From the human T2T-CHM13v2.0 reference genome, Homo sapiens: a stretch of DNA of 64,000 bases. Where the stretch lies: the NCBI RefSeq assembly GCF_009914755.1, contig NC_060926.1; one strand, given 5' to 3'. Positions 61,346-64,000 of this stretch are shown piece by piece. The notes under the pieces were generated by a model, which worked only from the letters and a program-made list of their open reading frames with translations, did no database searches and had not been told where the DNA came from. How positions within the stretch are numbered: the first letter of the stretch is position 1; every line of letters starts with the position of its first letter. Made by a program: the position numbers and the translations under genes.

Positions 61346-64000
61346 TGTAGTTTTTGACTAATTTGAAAAAAAATGATTACAAGTGTCTATTTAGAAATGA
61401 GATAATTAGTAGATTCAGATGTAGTTCAGATAAAGACTTTATGTTGTTAAAAACTACAATGGGAGGAAACCAAACAGGACACAAATGAATTTTCTCTGCT
61501 CATACACGTACTCAAAACCTCATTGTTTACTTAAGACTTCCATCTTGACTATTCAATTTAAAACAAATTCAACATTTTTAATTGCTTTCTGTATCCAAGG
61601 CAACATTACAGGTACTCATTCTTGTGCCTGGGTCACTGGAAAAATTTTTAAAAGTAAAATAAGCACCAGTGAAATTCAAACACACCTAGCAGATGGAGAA
61701 GGCTAAAGGATATGTAAATTTATTTGTAACAAACATTTAATTTATCTTTTAGGAATGTTAGCTAAGAGCACCTATTCTGTGCAAAATGCATCACTAGAAG
61801 AAAACAACAACAATCAAGCTCCCATATTCCAAATGCTTAAAGGTAGAAAGAAGGCACTATGTCCTTATTACAATCCCCGGCAAGTGAATTAGGAAATAAC
61901 ATAAAATTTCTTAGAACTTTCATCATATGTGTTATTTAATTAAAAGGTGAAACTGCAGCAAAGTGTCACTTCATCCCTCATGTCATGTGCCAGAAAAGTA
62001 TTTTCATGGAGTCTATAAATTCATTATTTCAACCCTCCATACCCATAATAAAAAGAGCTCAATTATAATTAAAATACTATGTCTACTCACATTCAGTGGT
62101 ATTCCACTTTTTAAAAAATGTTTAACGTCTTTGTTAAAACACAGCAAACTTACAGAATAAGACCACAGATCTTAATAGTATTGTAAGAGTATTTTTAGTT
62201 GGGACATTTTAAAATAAAATTTGTTTCCCAGGCTTGTATGTTTGTGACTCCTTTTTCTGGCAATTAATTGTAAATTTTCTCTACTGAGTTAAATACACAA
62301 AACTGGGTATAAATTGTCTCTTGTCTAGGTACAGACCAACGAAAATATCGTTTTATGTCTGTTTATCTGACATAAACTTCTCTGGAGTAGGAGACATGTC
62401 TTACTGATCTTTGTAGTTCCGGCACTAAATGAATTTTTAAAACAATGTGCTTTGTGGTGGTTGTTTCAAGTAATTCCTCCTAGAACAATCCATAGTAGTT
62501 AGGAGCAATGATCTCAAACTACTGAAATGGGGAATCAGAAGGAAGAGGGTGGCGAGAAGGTGAATGGCAGAGATGGAAACAATGCTTAATTCAATCCATT
62601 TTGTTGACAGTAAATTCAAGAATTAACTGTTTACATCTCTCCAAATGTTCCTATCTGCCTTCTGAGCTCTGTTATACAGCTACTACCAGAGGACTAGGTG
62701 GACTCTAGTATTCACATTTTCTACATGTCGAAGAAGTATTATTACTACTTAGTTTCCAGAAATTTCATCTCAGTGGCTTAAAAGTTTATGAGAGAAAAAG
62801 GGAAAAATTAAATGAGCAAATCAAGTCTTTTGACCAGGCTAATGAATTTTGCAGTCTTCAAAGGGTTACCTGAACTTCTGCTAGTACAACTTGCCAGCCT
62901 TAAATGCAGAGAGCAATGGTGGAGAGAACAGTAAAACTGTACTATAAAAATAAATTACTGTCATGAATATTAAGCAACAAGAATATAATAAACATGACTG
63001 TTTGCATGATTCTGATTTATTGGTACTGATATGCTTATAAATTATGACACTAAGTGTTTATTCTAGTTGTTTCAGAATATGGGCCAAACAAAGCTGGGTG
63101 GACACTTCCTGCAGACCTGACCATCTGCCACCAAATTCCTACTTCATCGCTCTTGTCATTGCGTTTCTTATGTCAGTGGCATCAGGGCCATGTATGAACA
63201 ACCATTCCCTTTTAGTTCACTTTGCAGACTGAAGTAGGTTGCCTTTCCAGGACCTGGTGTGACAACCATCATCATGAAGTTTGTGATGTCTTGCAGTGGA
63301 ACAACTGCAGCTGCAAAGCATCCTGAAGGCTGTTCCAACTTACGCTGTTAAACAGTACTCACTTTTGACATAAGAGGGTCCATTACTGTATTTATGAACC
63401 TCTTGGCACCAGATTGGGGATTTCCCAATGCGAAGCAGCACTGCATTTTGCATACTTGCTTAGCGGTGGGGGCTCCATAAAACTGGTGCTGAGAAGTTAA
63501 AGACCTAAAAACAAACAAACAACAACAAAAAAAAAACAAACTGTGTATTCATATAGAGTATTTCAACTGCCATAAGATAACTACACAAATAGCACTGTTG
63601 TTCTTTCTAATATCCACAAGTAAAAGTTATTAAGATTTGCTATCGGTTTTTACATTATTTGGAACCAGATATTTGTTCAACAGATGGCTAGAATAAGGTA
63701 TCACATGAGAAAATAGCATTCTCCTGCTTCAGGTTTTTAGCTTTCATGTTACATCTCATCAAAAGTTACTTCAGGAGATTAATTATTTTAAAATTTTCTT
63801 TTCTCTAATGTTGGTGGAAACCTGCAAGGAAGACAGCCAGTAAATTTACAGTAAGCTTAATGAAAGATGCAATTTTCACACAGTAAAGTATGCTATAAGG
63901 GTATAAGTTGGTGCTGCCTGTAAAGAACTATTTATGATATAAACTTAGCTGTAGATGAAATGCCAAAGTTCATGATGAGACAAGGCCTGTTACTGCTTTG

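Larger units (their letters stand above)
46527..64000 (+). other. ARHGAP15: ARHGAP15 intron downstream of the RhoGAP exon (continues past the window)
   Basis: Starts GTAAGT. The next expected coding segment (KQDNNTRIEAVK..., from memory) is not seen in the window. Confidence 0.8.

Overview
AT-rich primate genomic DNA, most likely human (Alu S/J, L1PA2, LTR12, MaLR, MIR and L2 repeats). Almost all of it is intron of ARHGAP15 (+ strand). The only recognisable protein-coding segment is one 135-nt RhoGAP-domain exon at 46392-46526, a symmetric phase 1-1 exon with a tandem NAGNAG acceptor. The other ORFs in the track are repeat-derived or chance. I found no convincing new multi-gene system. Best observations: (1) an ultra-short young L1 insertion at 2117-2304 carrying an inverted copy of its own target site, which creates a perfect 52-bp hairpin; (2) a candidate in-frame alternative terminal exon with poly(A) signals at 30909-30956 that would truncate the GAP domain; (3) an LTR12F-like solo LTR nested in an MLT1A LTR and pointing antisense at the exon; (4) a close inverted Alu pair; (5) several repeat-free, motif-dense blocks that look like enhancers. 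Repeat subfamilies and old-repeat boundaries were called by eye and are approximate.
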